From: Candidatus Magasanikbacteria bacterium RIFCSPHIGHO2_01_FULL_33_34
Lineage (GTDB): Bacteria; Patescibacteriota; Patescibacteriia; Magasanikbacterales; UBA922
Length of the DNA: 64,000 bases
Direction: 5' to 3'
NCBI GenBank assembly: GCA_001782825.1
Contig: MFPS01000008.1
Coordinates: 137,012-201,011 of the forward strand
This document shows, one piece after another, positions 9,763 through 19,667 of the stretch. Position 1 is the first letter of the stretch, and each line of letters starts with the position of its first letter. The notes beneath the pieces are model-generated. The model saw only the letters and a program-made list of their open reading frames with translations, made no database searches and was not told the origin of the DNA. The position numbers were made by a program, and so were the translations under genes.

Positions 9763-10999
9763 CTTCAAAACAATTAATTTACCAAATACGCCAGGCATTT
9801 ATCTCTTTTATTATAACCAAGAGCTGATTTATGTTGGTAAAGCTACCTCTTTAAAAAGTCGAGTAAAAAGTTATTTTGCAAAGAATAAAAAAAATGTCCG
9901 TCCAATTGAACAAATGATTCATCAAGTAAATAATATTAAACACATCAAAACTGAATCAGTTTTGGAGGCAATATTATTGGAAGGGGAATACATAAAAAAT
10001 TTTAGGCCAAAGTATAATGTATTGTGGAAGGATGATAAAAGTTGGAATTATATTGTGATTACTAAAGATATTTTTCCAAAAGTTTTAACTTTGCGTCAAC
10101 ACGAGAGAAAAAATATTTCTAAAATTCAAGAAAAGAAGCAATATTGGCATATTTTTGGACCATATCCTGGACTTAAAACAAAGGAAGCAATGAAAATTTT
10201 GTCTAGGCTTTTTTATATTTCTCATTGTGAGCCCAAGGCAAAAAGACCTTGTCTTTATTATGAAATGGGACAGTGTTTGGGTGTTTGTAGTGGTGATATA
10301 GACAATGTTCAGTATAAAGATAAAGTAATCAAACCATTGATTATGTTTTTGCAGGGAAATAAAACTGGTTTAATTAAAAATCTGCAAAAAGAAATGAAGC
10401 TAAATTCTAGTTTAAATAATTTTGAAGAGGCTGGTAGAATTCGTGATCAAATAAAGGCTTTACAGAGAATCCAAGATATTAGTCTTATAAATAAATCATT
10501 TTTGGAAGAAAATATAAACAAGAAAAGAGAAATTAGAATTGAAGGTTATGATATTTCTAATTTGGGTAAAAATGATAAAGTGGGGAGTATGGTAGTATTT
10601 GATGCTGATGGTCCGATCAAGGCAGATTATAGAAAATTCAATATCAAATCAGTTGAAGGACAAAGTGATGTAGATTGTTTGGCAGAAGTTTTGGAGCGTC
10701 GTCTAGGTCATATTGAGTGGCCAATGCCTGATATTTTTCTTATAGATGGTGGTAAGCCACAAGTAAATAAAACTAAAACAATCTTAAAAAAATTAAATAT
10801 TGATATCCCAATAGTTGGTATTGCTAAAGGTCCTAAACGGGATAAAAATGAGTTTTTTGTGAATTATGATAATCAGTTATTTTTGAATTGGGTTGTTAGT
10901 AATAAAAATCTTTTGATACAGGTTAGAGACGAGGCGCATAGATTTGCTATTAATTTTAATCGGAGCAAAAGAAAAATAAAAAAAACAAAAAAGCATTAA
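9749..10999 (+). CDS. uvrC: Excinuclease ABC subunit C (short form, no C-terminal HhH)
   Basis: GIY-YVGKA nuclease, Cys cluster, UVR (FEEAGRIRD), RNaseH-like EGYDIS/IDGGKPQ/RDEAHRFA. Confidence 0.9.
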   Translation: MKQFNFKTINLPNTPGIYLFYYNQELIYVGKATSLKSRVKSYFAKNKKNVRPIEQMIHQVNNIKHIKTESVLEAILLEGEYIKNFRPKYNVLWKDDKSWNYIVITKDIFPKVLTLRQHERKNISKIQEKKQYWHIFGPYPGLKTKEAMKILSRLFYISHCEPKAKRPCLYYEMGQCLGVCSGDIDNVQYKDKVIKPLIMFLQGNKTGLIKNLQKEMKLNSSLNNFEEAGRIRDQIKALQRIQDISLINKSFLEENINKKREIRIEGYDISNLGKNDKVGSMVVFDADGPIKADYRKFNIKSVEGQSDVDCLAEVLERRLGHIEWPMPDIFLIDGGKPQVNKTKTILKKLNIDIPIVGIAKGPKRDKNEFFVNYDNQLFLNWVVSNKNLLIQVRDEAHRFAINFNRSKRKIKKTKKH

Positions 11000-11013
11000 T
11001 AAATGCTTTTTTG
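10986..11013. terminator. Bidirectional intrinsic terminator
   Basis: Perfect inverted repeat CAAAAAAGCATT-aata-AATGCTTTTTTG between convergent genes. Confidence 0.7.
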
Positions 11014-11034
11014 CTTGGAGGCTAGTATATAATC

Positions 11035-11124
11035 TTACTCACATACACAACCACAATCTGTGCAAGATTCGCATGTATTACATGCTAGTTCTGATGCTTC
11101 CATACCACATTGTGAACATTCCAT
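11035..11124 (-). CDS. 29-aa Cys-rich microprotein (metallothionein/zinc-binding-like)
   Basis: Manual translation MECSQCGMEASELACNTCESCTDCGCVCE*. Upstream extended -10 TGCTATACT (11161-11169, minus strand) and downstream terminator. Confidence 0.7.
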   Translation of the reverse strand: MECSQCGMEASELACNTCESCTDCGCVCE

Positions 11125-11298
11125 AGTATTGAATTAAATTTAAATATTTAAACTAAATAAAGTATAGCAAAAGTTTATATAAATAAACAAGAGAATTGTA
11201 CTGTGGATATTTTTGTTATTTCTTTGGCTTTAATTTATTTGTTTTGGATATGTCTATGTGGTAATATATAACATATTAATGTTTTTAAAATAAGTATT

Positions 11299-11664
11299 AT
11301 GGCAAAGAAAATTCTTGTTGCAGAGGATGAAAAACCAATGGCTAGGGCTTTGGAATTAAAATTAAATAATTCTGGTTTTGAAACCACTGTGGTTCATGAT
11401 GGGGATCAAGCGATTAAAGCTCTTTTGAAAGAAAAGTATGATCTGCTTTTGCTTGATTTAATTATGCCTGTAAAAGATGGTTTTGTTGTTTTGGAAGAAA
11501 TAAAAAAAGAAAAAATTTCTGTCCCTGTAATTGTTTCTACCAATTTGAGTCAAGATGAAGATGCAAAAAAAGCAAAAGATTTGGGAGCGGTAGATTATTT
11601 TGTTAAGTCAGATACTTCAATAAGTAAAGTGGTGGAATATATAAAAAGAGTTGTTGGTGTATAA
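11299..11664 (+). CDS. Single-domain response regulator (CheY-like receiver)
   Basis: VAEDE, LLDLIMP, ST, K of DYFVK. Confidence 0.9.
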   Translation: MAKKILVAEDEKPMARALELKLNNSGFETTVVHDGDQAIKALLKEKYDLLLLDLIMPVKDGFVVLEEIKKEKISVPVIVSTNLSQDEDAKKAKDLGAVDYFVKSDTSISKVVEYIKRVVGV

Positions 11665-11665
11665 T

Positions 11666-12034
11666 TTAACCAATCATTTCTTTTATTACTTCTATAATTG
11701 ATTGAAATCGTGTATTACTTTTTATAAAGTATTTGTTTACACCACTATCAATCGCTTCTTGTATATCTGATTTTTGACCTAGGTTTGATATTGCTATAAT
11801 GGGGGTATTTTTTGATTTTGGGTCTTGTCTTATTTCACGGGTTGCATCAAATCCATTTCCGTCTTTAAGCATAATATCCATTATGATTAAATCTGGCTTG
11901 TGTTCTTTGGTCAATTTGGCAGCTTCAGTTGCTATTGGTGTAGAAATTACTTTATATCCCGCTTCAGTCAAAAGATGATCATATAGTTTATATGAGAATT
12001 TGTCGTCTTCAACTACAAGAATTTTTTTTGGCAT
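11666..12034 (-). CDS. Single-domain response regulator (CheY-like receiver)
   Basis: VVEDD, IMDIML, SN, YFIK. Confidence 0.9.
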   Translation of the reverse strand: MPKKILVVEDDKFSYKLYDHLLTEAGYKVISTPIATEAAKLTKEHKPDLIIMDIMLKDGNGFDATREIRQDPKSKNTPIIAISNLGQKSDIQEAIDSGVNKYFIKSNTRFQSIIEVIKEMIG

Positions 12035-12035
12035 A

Positions 12036-13115
12036 TTAATTGTATGAATTTAGTTCTAAATAAAATGTGACAGTTTTGTTGGGTGTATTTTTGAACCAGA
12101 TTTTTCCATTGTTTAATATAGTTAATTCTCGACTAGTATATAGACCCAATCCAGTCCCTTCATTTTGCCTTTCTTCGGCTTCTTTTGTTCTAAAAAATTT
12201 AGCAAAAATTAATTTCTCTTTATCCTTAGGGATTTGTAGTCCTTTGTTTTGACATGAAAAAATAATATTTTTTCTATTTTTTTTAATATTTAGGACTACT
12301 TTTGTTTTTTGATCTCCATATCTGAGAGCATTTTCAATCAAATTTTGGATTATGGTATGCAAATGACTATCATCAGCTTTTACATACCATTCTTTTTTTA
12401 AGGTAGGGTTTAATTCTATAGTTATTCTTTGAGCTTTTGCAAAAAATTTTAAATCTTTTAATACATCATTTATTGTTTTGTTTAAAGAAATTTTTTGAAA
12501 ATCTGGTTTTATTTTTTTGTTTTCTAAACGAGAAATATTCAAGAGATTATTTATAAGCCTGTTCATAGATTGTAAGCTTTCATAGGCGTCAGATAAATAT
12601 TCTGTTTGTTTGACTGTCAGTGGGCCAGGTTTTTTGGTCAAAAGATATTCTGTGACCCATAAAAGATTTCCAATCGGACTGCGTAGATTGTGACTAGCAT
12701 TGTGGGCAAAGTCTTCATGATATTCTTCATGTTCTTTTGCTTTGGTTATATCGCGTATTATGATAATTGCGCCAATTATTTTGTTAGAGTCTTTTAGTGG
12801 AGAAGTAGTGATATTAGTCCATATTCTAGTTCCGTCTTGTTTAATGAATTGTCTTTTTTCGTCTTTTATACTTTTTTTGTATTTGATTGACCTATAAAAG
12901 GCGGCATTTTTTTTATCAATGACTTCTCCCATTTCTCCTATGGCACCTAAAAACACTAGACAGACTTGGCCTTCCATAGCATCTTTACTCTTGTAGCCTA
13001 GCATATCACATATGGCTTTATTGGTATTTTTTATAATTCCTTTTCTATCAACAATCATGATACCGTCCCCAATAGAATCAATCAGTATCTGTTGGTCTAT
13101 ATTTTTTTTTGTCAT
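12036..13115 (-). CDS. Cytoplasmic PAS-domain sensor histidine kinase
   Basis: PAS (IDSIGDGIM...IIIRDIT), H-box SHNLRSP, N-box NLIENALRY, G2 GTGLGL. Confidence 0.9.
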   Translation of the reverse strand: MTKKNIDQQILIDSIGDGIMIVDRKGIIKNTNKAICDMLGYKSKDAMEGQVCLVFLGAIGEMGEVIDKKNAAFYRSIKYKKSIKDEKRQFIKQDGTRIWTNITTSPLKDSNKIIGAIIIIRDITKAKEHEEYHEDFAHNASHNLRSPIGNLLWVTEYLLTKKPGPLTVKQTEYLSDAYESLQSMNRLINNLLNISRLENKKIKPDFQKISLNKTINDVLKDLKFFAKAQRITIELNPTLKKEWYVKADDSHLHTIIQNLIENALRYGDQKTKVVLNIKKNRKNIIFSCQNKGLQIPKDKEKLIFAKFFRTKEAEERQNEGTGLGLYTSRELTILNNGKIWFKNTPNKTVTFYLELNSYN

Positions 13116-13232
13116 AATTATAAATAAATATAATTTTATAATATTGTATATAATAACATGTTTTTAGCTTTAAAGTAAAGCTATTGTATGTTATTATACT
13201 ATAGGTTACATATAATGTTTATGTTATAAGGT

Positions 13233-14936
13233 ATGCAACAATTAGACAATAAGACAATTGGAGAAATTCTTTTGAAAGAAACCTATATTTCTAAAAAAGA
13301 TTTGGAAAATGCTCAAAAAGCATTAGAAAAAAGCCGTGGATCTTTGGTGGATTATCTTTTGGCAGAAGATATTATTAGCAAGGATTTGTTGGGTCAAGCT
13401 ATAGCTGAGTATTATAATGTAATGTATGTAGATTTGAAACAAGAAAAAATAGATATAGAAATTGCCAAGATGATTCCAGAGTTGGTTGCTATTTCAAAAC
13501 GGGTTATTCCTTATGCTAGAACAGAGGATGGTATCAAGGTGGGGATGCTCAATCCAAATGATTTTGAAGTACTCAATATGTTGGAAAAAGTATTGGGCGA
13601 TAATATATTGGTATTTTATGTAAATGATGAAGATATTGAGGATATACTTTCAATTTATGGACCAAGTTTTAAAGAAGCTTTTGATGAATTATATGAAAAA
13701 TTTTTGGATCCTAATATATTAATGGAAGAGAAGGATGAGATATCTGTAAAATTGGTTGATATATTTTTGGAGTATGGTTATAAAAATAGAGCATCTGATA
13801 TACATATGGAACCTTATTCAGATGGTGTGGTTGTAAGATTCCGTATAGATGGTGTACTTCATGATGTTTTGAAAATTCCCAATTCAAATGGAGAAGGTCT
13901 TTTTGGTTTCATAATGTCTCGTATAAAAATATTGGCTAAGATGGCAACAGATGAACACAAGGCTGCTCAAGATGGAAAATTGAGATACAAAGTTGGTAAG
14001 GAAGTGTTTGATGTACGTGTTTCAATTGTGCCGGTAGTACATGGTGAGAATATTGTTATGCGGTTGTTGTCAGCCAAGGGTAGACAATTTAGCCTTTCGG
14101 ATATCGGGGTCGCAGAAGCTGATTTGGATAAAATTAATCTAGCTATTAAAAATCCTCACGGTATGATTTTGGTAACGGGGCCTACTGGAAGTGGTAAAAC
14201 TACTACTTTATATTCTATTTTAAAAATTTTGAATAAAAGAAATGTGAATATTGCCACTATTGAGGATCCAGTTGAATATGATATGGAAGGGGTAAGTCAA
14301 ATACAAGTTAATAAAAAAACCGACTTAACTTTTGCCAAAGGATTAAGAGCATTAGTTCGTCAAGATCCAGATATTATTATGGTTGGTGAAATTCGTGATG
14401 AAGAAACGGCCAGTATAGCAGTTAATTCTGCATTAACGGGTCATTTGGTTTTGTCAACTCTTCATACAAATGATGCAGCTACGACTTTGCCTAGGCTTTT
14501 GGATATGGGCATTGAACCATTTTTAGTTGTTTCTACAGTTAATGTAGTGGTTGCTCAAAGATTGGTACGCAAAATATGTGCAAAGTGTAGAGTTTCTCAT
14601 AATATGAATACAGAAGAAAAAGCTTTGATTCAAGGTAATTTGAATATTAAGGAAATTTGTAATAAAAAAGGCTATACTGATTTGGATAAAATTAGATTAT
14701 ATCAAGGAAGTGGTTGTAAAATTTGTGGCAATACTGGTTATGAAGGACGTGTGGGTATTTTTGAAGTTTTGGATATGAATGAAGATATAAAAAATTTAAT
14801 TTTGAAGAGGGCTTCTACTGATGAAATTGTGAATGTGGCTCGAAAAGGTGGCATGAAATTGATGGTTGAAGATGGTATGGAAAAAGTCTTTAATGGCATA
14901 ACCACTATACAGGAAGTTTTAAGAGTTACAATATAA
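13233..14936 (+). CDS. pilB: Type IV pilus/T2SS assembly ATPase (PilB/GspE)
   Basis: MshEN-like N-terminus, ASDIH, GPTGSGKT, EDPVE, RQDPD, GEIRD, LSTLHTN, CxxC pairs. Confidence 0.9.
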   Translation: MQQLDNKTIGEILLKETYISKKDLENAQKALEKSRGSLVDYLLAEDIISKDLLGQAIAEYYNVMYVDLKQEKIDIEIAKMIPELVAISKRVIPYARTEDGIKVGMLNPNDFEVLNMLEKVLGDNILVFYVNDEDIEDILSIYGPSFKEAFDELYEKFLDPNILMEEKDEISVKLVDIFLEYGYKNRASDIHMEPYSDGVVVRFRIDGVLHDVLKIPNSNGEGLFGFIMSRIKILAKMATDEHKAAQDGKLRYKVGKEVFDVRVSIVPVVHGENIVMRLLSAKGRQFSLSDIGVAEADLDKINLAIKNPHGMILVTGPTGSGKTTTLYSILKILNKRNVNIATIEDPVEYDMEGVSQIQVNKKTDLTFAKGLRALVRQDPDIIMVGEIRDEETASIAVNSALTGHLVLSTLHTNDAATTLPRLLDMGIEPFLVVSTVNVVVAQRLVRKICAKCRVSHNMNTEEKALIQGNLNIKEICNKKGYTDLDKIRLYQGSGCKICGNTGYEGRVGIFEVLDMNEDIKNLILKRASTDEIVNVARKGGMKLMVEDGMEKVFNGITTIQEVLRVTI

Positions 14937-14956
14937 ATTAATCTTAAATATACAAT

Positions 14957-16048
14957 ATGCCTAAAAATGGTGAAAAGAAAGGTTTGGGTAGTATAAGTTT
15001 TAGTTTTACGAGAATCAATCTTACAACTAAAGCAATTTTTGCAAAACATTTGGCAGTGATGCAAAAATCAGGTCTTACAATCGTAGAATCTTTGAGTATA
15101 ATAGCAGATTCCTCACAGGGTAAATTTAAAAGAATAGTCAAAGGAATTTTAAAATCTACCGAGGCTGGCAATACCTTATCGTCTTCTTTTGCAAGATATC
15201 CAAAAATTTTTCCTAGTATTTTTATAAGTTCAATATATGCTGGTGAATCTTCTGGTACGCTTGATCAAAATTTGGAAAATCTGGCCATACAGATGGAAAA
15301 AGAAAAAGAATTATCTTCAAAAATAAAAGGAGCAATGTTATATCCGTCAGTGGTATTAGTGGCCACTTTTATTTTGGGCATTGTATTATCATTTTTGGTT
15401 TTACCAAAAATAATCCCGTTATTTGAAGGTCTGAAAGTTGATTTACCATTTACAACCAGAGCTTTGATTTCTTTTTCTCATTTTATGGATGATAATGGTG
15501 GCAAAGCTTTTATTGGTTTGGTTGTTTTTTTGATTTTTTTTGTATGGTTAGTAAAACAAAAATTTATAAAACCAATTACACATTTGTTTTTTTTGAAAAT
15601 GCCAATTGTGAACCATATAACTCGCAATATAAATTTGGCTAGATTTACTCGTACATTGGGTATGCTTTTGAAAAGTGGTTTGAATATTGATGAAGCTTTG
15701 AAAGTGACTAAAGATACTTTGGGTAATTATTATTATCATAAGTCTTTGGAGGAAGTTAGTCAGCGGGTTGGTAAAGGTATAACTCTTTCAGAAAATTTGA
15801 AACATTATGAAGATTTGTATCCAAAAATGGTGAGTAGAATGATTTTGGTTGGAGAAGAATCGGGGAATTTGGAGGATACTTTGTTTTATTTAGCTGATTT
15901 TTATGAATTGGAGGTTGATAATGCGAGCAAAGCTTTGTCTACCACTATTGAACCGGTTTTACTTATTTTTATAGGATTGGCTGTAGGATTTTTGGCTTTG
16001 TCTATTATAACTCCGATATATAATATTACTGGAAATATACAGCGTTAA
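14957..16048 (+). CDS. pilC: Type IV pilus/T2SS platform protein (PilC/GspF)
   Basis: Two T2SSF repeats (GESSGTL, GEESGNL), MLYP, IEP, three TM helices. Confidence 0.9.
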   Translation: MPKNGEKKGLGSISFSFTRINLTTKAIFAKHLAVMQKSGLTIVESLSIIADSSQGKFKRIVKGILKSTEAGNTLSSSFARYPKIFPSIFISSIYAGESSGTLDQNLENLAIQMEKEKELSSKIKGAMLYPSVVLVATFILGIVLSFLVLPKIIPLFEGLKVDLPFTTRALISFSHFMDDNGGKAFIGLVVFLIFFVWLVKQKFIKPITHLFFLKMPIVNHITRNINLARFTRTLGMLLKSGLNIDEALKVTKDTLGNYYYHKSLEEVSQRVGKGITLSENLKHYEDLYPKMVSRMILVGEESGNLEDTLFYLADFYELEVDNASKALSTTIEPVLLIFIGLAVGFLALSIITPIYNITGNIQR

Positions 16049-16099
16049 TTTAATATTTTATTTATGAGTAGTTTTGTTCAGTAATAAAAATTGACCTGT

Positions 16100-16624
16100 A
16101 TGAGTGATAAAAAAATAAAACAAAATAATAATATAAATAAGTTTAAGAAAAATAATACAGGTTTTACTATAATTGAGTTATTAATAGTACTTGGTATTAG
16201 TATTATATTGGCAACGGCTGCTGCACCGCTTTATGGTAGTTTACAAGTTTCAGCTCAGCTAAATGAAAATTCTTCTTTGATAATACAATCATTGCGTACA
16301 GCGAGAGAAAGAAGTATTGCTGGATACAATAATATTCAACATGGTGTTTTTTTTGATATCAATACTGGGGCAGTTGATAGTTATACATTGTATCAAGGGT
16401 CTAGTTATGTTGCTAGACAGACTGCTTATGATAGATTTATTACTTTGGATGAGCCTTTAAGTTTTTCGTCCAATGGTTTTATTATGATTGGGGAAGATGT
16501 GGATATAAATTTTTCAACAGGCATAGGTCGTCCAAATAATGCTGGAATAATAATACTTTCACATCAAGTATCTGGAAATAGGAGTATAGAAGTTAATTAT
16601 GCTGGAAAAATAGAAGAGAATTAA
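16100..16624 (+). CDS. Minor pilin (FimT/GspH-like)
   Basis: Class III signal G|FTIIE. ATG at 16100 preferred over TTG at 16091. Confidence 0.8.
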   Translation: MSDKKIKQNNNINKFKKNNTGFTIIELLIVLGISIILATAAAPLYGSLQVSAQLNENSSLIIQSLRTARERSIAGYNNIQHGVFFDINTGAVDSYTLYQGSSYVARQTAYDRFITLDEPLSFSSNGFIMIGEDVDINFSTGIGRPNNAGIIILSHQVSGNRSIEVNYAGKIEEN

Positions 16625-16633
16625 ATAATAACT

Positions 16634-18733
16634 ATGTTAAATAAGCAGGGGCAATCAATTTTGGAAGTTATTTTAGCTATGGCTATTTTTTCATTGATTG
16701 CCGCGGCTATGGTTGTTATGGTTACTGGTAGTTTTACAGCTTTGAATCAAGGTGGAGAACATACAGAAGCTGAGGCATTAGCTCAAGAAGCAATTGAAGC
16801 AATCCGATCAATCAGAGATGGGGCTTGGAATGAATTAGTTTATACTACTAGCTCAATTTCAATCAGTGGAAATGAATGGATTTTTGATGGTGAAGGATTA
16901 ACTCAGACAATTGGTAAATATACTAGAACAATTTCTTTTGTAGATGTTTGTCGTGATGTGTCTGATAACATTACAGATTGTCCAGGCAGTTATACAGATG
17001 TGCAGACAAAAAAAGTGGTAGTTACAGTTACTTGGAATACTAGTCAAAATGTAGAAAATATTGTGCAACAAATAACTTATTTAACAAATTGGGATTCACA
17101 AGAATGGATACAGACTGATTGGTCTGGTGGAAGTGGTCAATCAATTTGGTCTGATATTACAATGTATGAAAGTGATGACGGAAATATTGATTATTCAACA
17201 TCTGGTGAAATAAAATTAGTTTCTTTGAGTGGTAATGGTTGTGGTACTAACACCTGGCCATTCACCACACCAGCAAATTACACCTACAACTCCAGTAATA
17301 TAGAAGTAACTGGTGGTTTAGCCTCTCTTTTGGATCAAGGTGGTGCAAGTTCTTGTTCAGGTACACCAACAACTTGTAACACATACGGAGATAGTGGTAC
17401 CTGTAGCGCGCAAGATGGTTGTTCTTGGAGTGCTGGTGGATCTGGCAGTACAACTAATTCTGGATTTAATTCAAATGCAAATGGTTGGACATATAGTGAT
17501 TGGAATCAAGGCGGTGGTGAAGTGGATGTGACTGGGAGTTATGTATCAACATCTGGCAATCCAGGCGGTTGGGTAAATGTAAATATTCCAATTGGTAAAG
17601 ATGATGAATTAGGTGGATATTGGACTCAATCTTTTGTAACTACTGAAAATAATCCAACTGCCACTGTTGATTTTGATTGGTTGATTTCAAATTATGGTGC
17701 TACACCAAATACCTTTCAGCTTTATGTATTCGTGGATAATGCTAGTGGTGCACCAACCATTGGTCAACAAGTTTGGTCATCAGGAGAAATTACCGCTACT
17801 CAAGGTTGGACATCACAAACCAATATTGATATAGCTTCAAAAGTACTAACTTCTGGTACATATTATCTTAAAATTGCTGTATGGGTGGAAACGCCAGGTT
17901 CAAATACCGGACCATTTACTATTGGTTATGATAATGTAGTTGTAAATTGGTCGGGTACAAGTTCTTGTTCAGGTACACCAACCGCTTGTAACACATACGG
18001 AGATAGTGGTACCTGTAGCGCGCAAGATGGTTGTTCTTGGAGTGCTGGTGTCAGTTATCCGACCAATGAACCATCAATTAATCCAACTACCTCATTTGCG
18101 CCAAGTAGTATAGATGCTTGGGGATCATTCACAGAAACAGCCACAAAAAATGGTGGAGAAATTTATTATCAACTTTCAGATGATGACGGTACAACTTGGT
18201 ATTTTTGGGATGGAGGAGGTTGGAGTACATCTGTTGGAGCAACAGATTACAATATATCTTCGGACATAAATACAAATATCTCTACATTTTCAACATCTAC
18301 CGGACAAATTATGTTTAAAGCATTTTTAGAAAGTGATGGTAGTCAGTTGGTGCAGTTGGATGAGATAAAATTATCATGGGGCGAGTCAACTGGTGGAGGC
18401 GGTGGTTATGAATCTAATGGTTATTTTTTATCATCGGCATTTGATACTGGTATTTTGTTATGCAAAGTTCAAGTAATAGAATGGGACGAAACACAACCAA
18501 GTGGATCTGATATACAAGTACAAATTAGGACAGCGCCTGATTCTAGTGGAAGTCCTGGTACTTGGAGTAATTGGTATGGTGCCACTGGTTCTGGTACATA
18601 TTTTACAAATCCATTTGGAAATTTGATTCCTTCTAGTTTAAATGATAATCAATGGATACAATATCGTGTAGAGTTGACTGGTGATTCTGTGGATACTCCA
18701 ATACTACAAGAAATAAGAATAAATTATAAATAA
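16634..18733 (+). CDS. Giant minor pilin / putative adhesin (PilV-like N-terminus plus beta-rich domains)
   Basis: G|QSILE prepilin motif; ~550-aa Ser/Thr/Gly/Trp-rich extension with a duplicated Cys module. Confidence 0.75.
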   Translation: MLNKQGQSILEVILAMAIFSLIAAAMVVMVTGSFTALNQGGEHTEAEALAQEAIEAIRSIRDGAWNELVYTTSSISISGNEWIFDGEGLTQTIGKYTRTISFVDVCRDVSDNITDCPGSYTDVQTKKVVVTVTWNTSQNVENIVQQITYLTNWDSQEWIQTDWSGGSGQSIWSDITMYESDDGNIDYSTSGEIKLVSLSGNGCGTNTWPFTTPANYTYNSSNIEVTGGLASLLDQGGASSCSGTPTTCNTYGDSGTCSAQDGCSWSAGGSGSTTNSGFNSNANGWTYSDWNQGGGEVDVTGSYVSTSGNPGGWVNVNIPIGKDDELGGYWTQSFVTTENNPTATVDFDWLISNYGATPNTFQLYVFVDNASGAPTIGQQVWSSGEITATQGWTSQTNIDIASKVLTSGTYYLKIAVWVETPGSNTGPFTIGYDNVVVNWSGTSSCSGTPTACNTYGDSGTCSAQDGCSWSAGVSYPTNEPSINPTTSFAPSSIDAWGSFTETATKNGGEIYYQLSDDDGTTWYFWDGGGWSTSVGATDYNISSDINTNISTFSTSTGQIMFKAFLESDGSQLVQLDEIKLSWGESTGGGGGYESNGYFLSSAFDTGILLCKVQVIEWDETQPSGSDIQVQIRTAPDSSGSPGTWSNWYGATGSGTYFTNPFGNLIPSSLNDNQWIQYRVELTGDSVDTPILQEIRINYK
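17346..18050 (+). repeat. 93-bp direct repeat pair (17346-17438 and 17958-18050) within the giant pilin
   Basis: 91/93 identical by eye; offset 612 bp (in frame); encodes SSCSGTPT(T/A)CNTYGDSGTCSAQDGCSWSAG. Confidence 0.9.
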
Positions 18734-18750
18734 GCACAAACTAGATTTAT

Positions 18751-19254
18751 ATGAATAAAAAAGGTTTTACATTAATAGAAATGCTTATATATGTGGCTAT
18801 AATTGGCGGGGTAGTATTTACTTTTGTATCTTTTGCAATTTCAGTAGTTAATTCACGAAATAAAACTTATACAGTTAGTGAAGTGCAAGCAAATACAAGA
18901 ACAGCCCTTAATGTTATGACGCAAAAAATACGATCATCTGAGGCAATTAATACCAGTACATCTATTTTTGGTGTTGATCCTGGTTATTTATCGCTTTCTA
19001 TGAGTTCAAGTACACTAAATCCAACAATTATTAGTTTGGATCAAGATAATGGCGTTTTACAGATCAAAGAAGGTGTAAGTGCATCTTCAACTATTACAAT
19101 TGATAAATTAAATATAACTAATTTACAATTTACTAATTTAACAGATGGTGATAGAGAAAATGTTAGAATAGATATGACAATAGAATATGGAACAGCAAAC
19201 ACAGAATTTAATTATTCACAAAGTGTTCAGACTGCTGTTACTACAAGGTATTAA
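18751..19254 (+). CDS. Minor pilin (PilW/GspJ-like)
   Basis: G|FTLIE prepilin motif. Confidence 0.8.
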   Translation: MNKKGFTLIEMLIYVAIIGGVVFTFVSFAISVVNSRNKTYTVSEVQANTRTALNVMTQKIRSSEAINTSTSIFGVDPGYLSLSMSSSTLNPTIISLDQDNGVLQIKEGVSASSTITIDKLNITNLQFTNLTDGDRENVRIDMTIEYGTANTEFNYSQSVQTAVTTRY

Positions 19255-19257
19255 TAT

Positions 19258-19665
19258 ATGTTTGAATTTTTAAAAAAATTAAAAAAAGACACAAAAGGAG
19301 CTACTGCTTTATTAACAGTTGTTATTGTTGGTGCAGCTACACTAATAATGGCTGTCAGTGCGTCATATTTAGGATTGGGTGAATTAGATTTGGGCTATAC
19401 TTCACAAAAAGGTGCAGAAACTTTTTTTATAGCAGATGGTTGTATGGAGGAAGGACTTCGTCAATTGAGATTAGATACTGGGTATACTGGTGATACATTG
19501 AGCCTAGGTGATGGATCGTGTATAATATCAGTAGTGTCAAGTGGTAATGATAGAACAATTACAGTGACTGCAACAATGAATGAATACAATAAAAAGTTAG
19601 AAGTTAATTTAACTTTAACTGGGAACGTCATAACAATTAATTCTTGGGTAGAATTATCAAATTAA
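19258..19665 (+). CDS. Minor pilin (PilX/GspK-like, no Glu5)
   Basis: KG|ATALL hydrophobic N-terminus, ADGCMEEGL, position after the PilW-like gene. Confidence 0.65.
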   Translation: MFEFLKKLKKDTKGATALLTVVIVGAATLIMAVSASYLGLGELDLGYTSQKGAETFFIADGCMEEGLRQLRLDTGYTGDTLSLGDGSCIISVVSSGNDRTITVTATMNEYNKKLEVNLTLTGNVITINSWVELSN

Positions 19666-19667
19666 AT

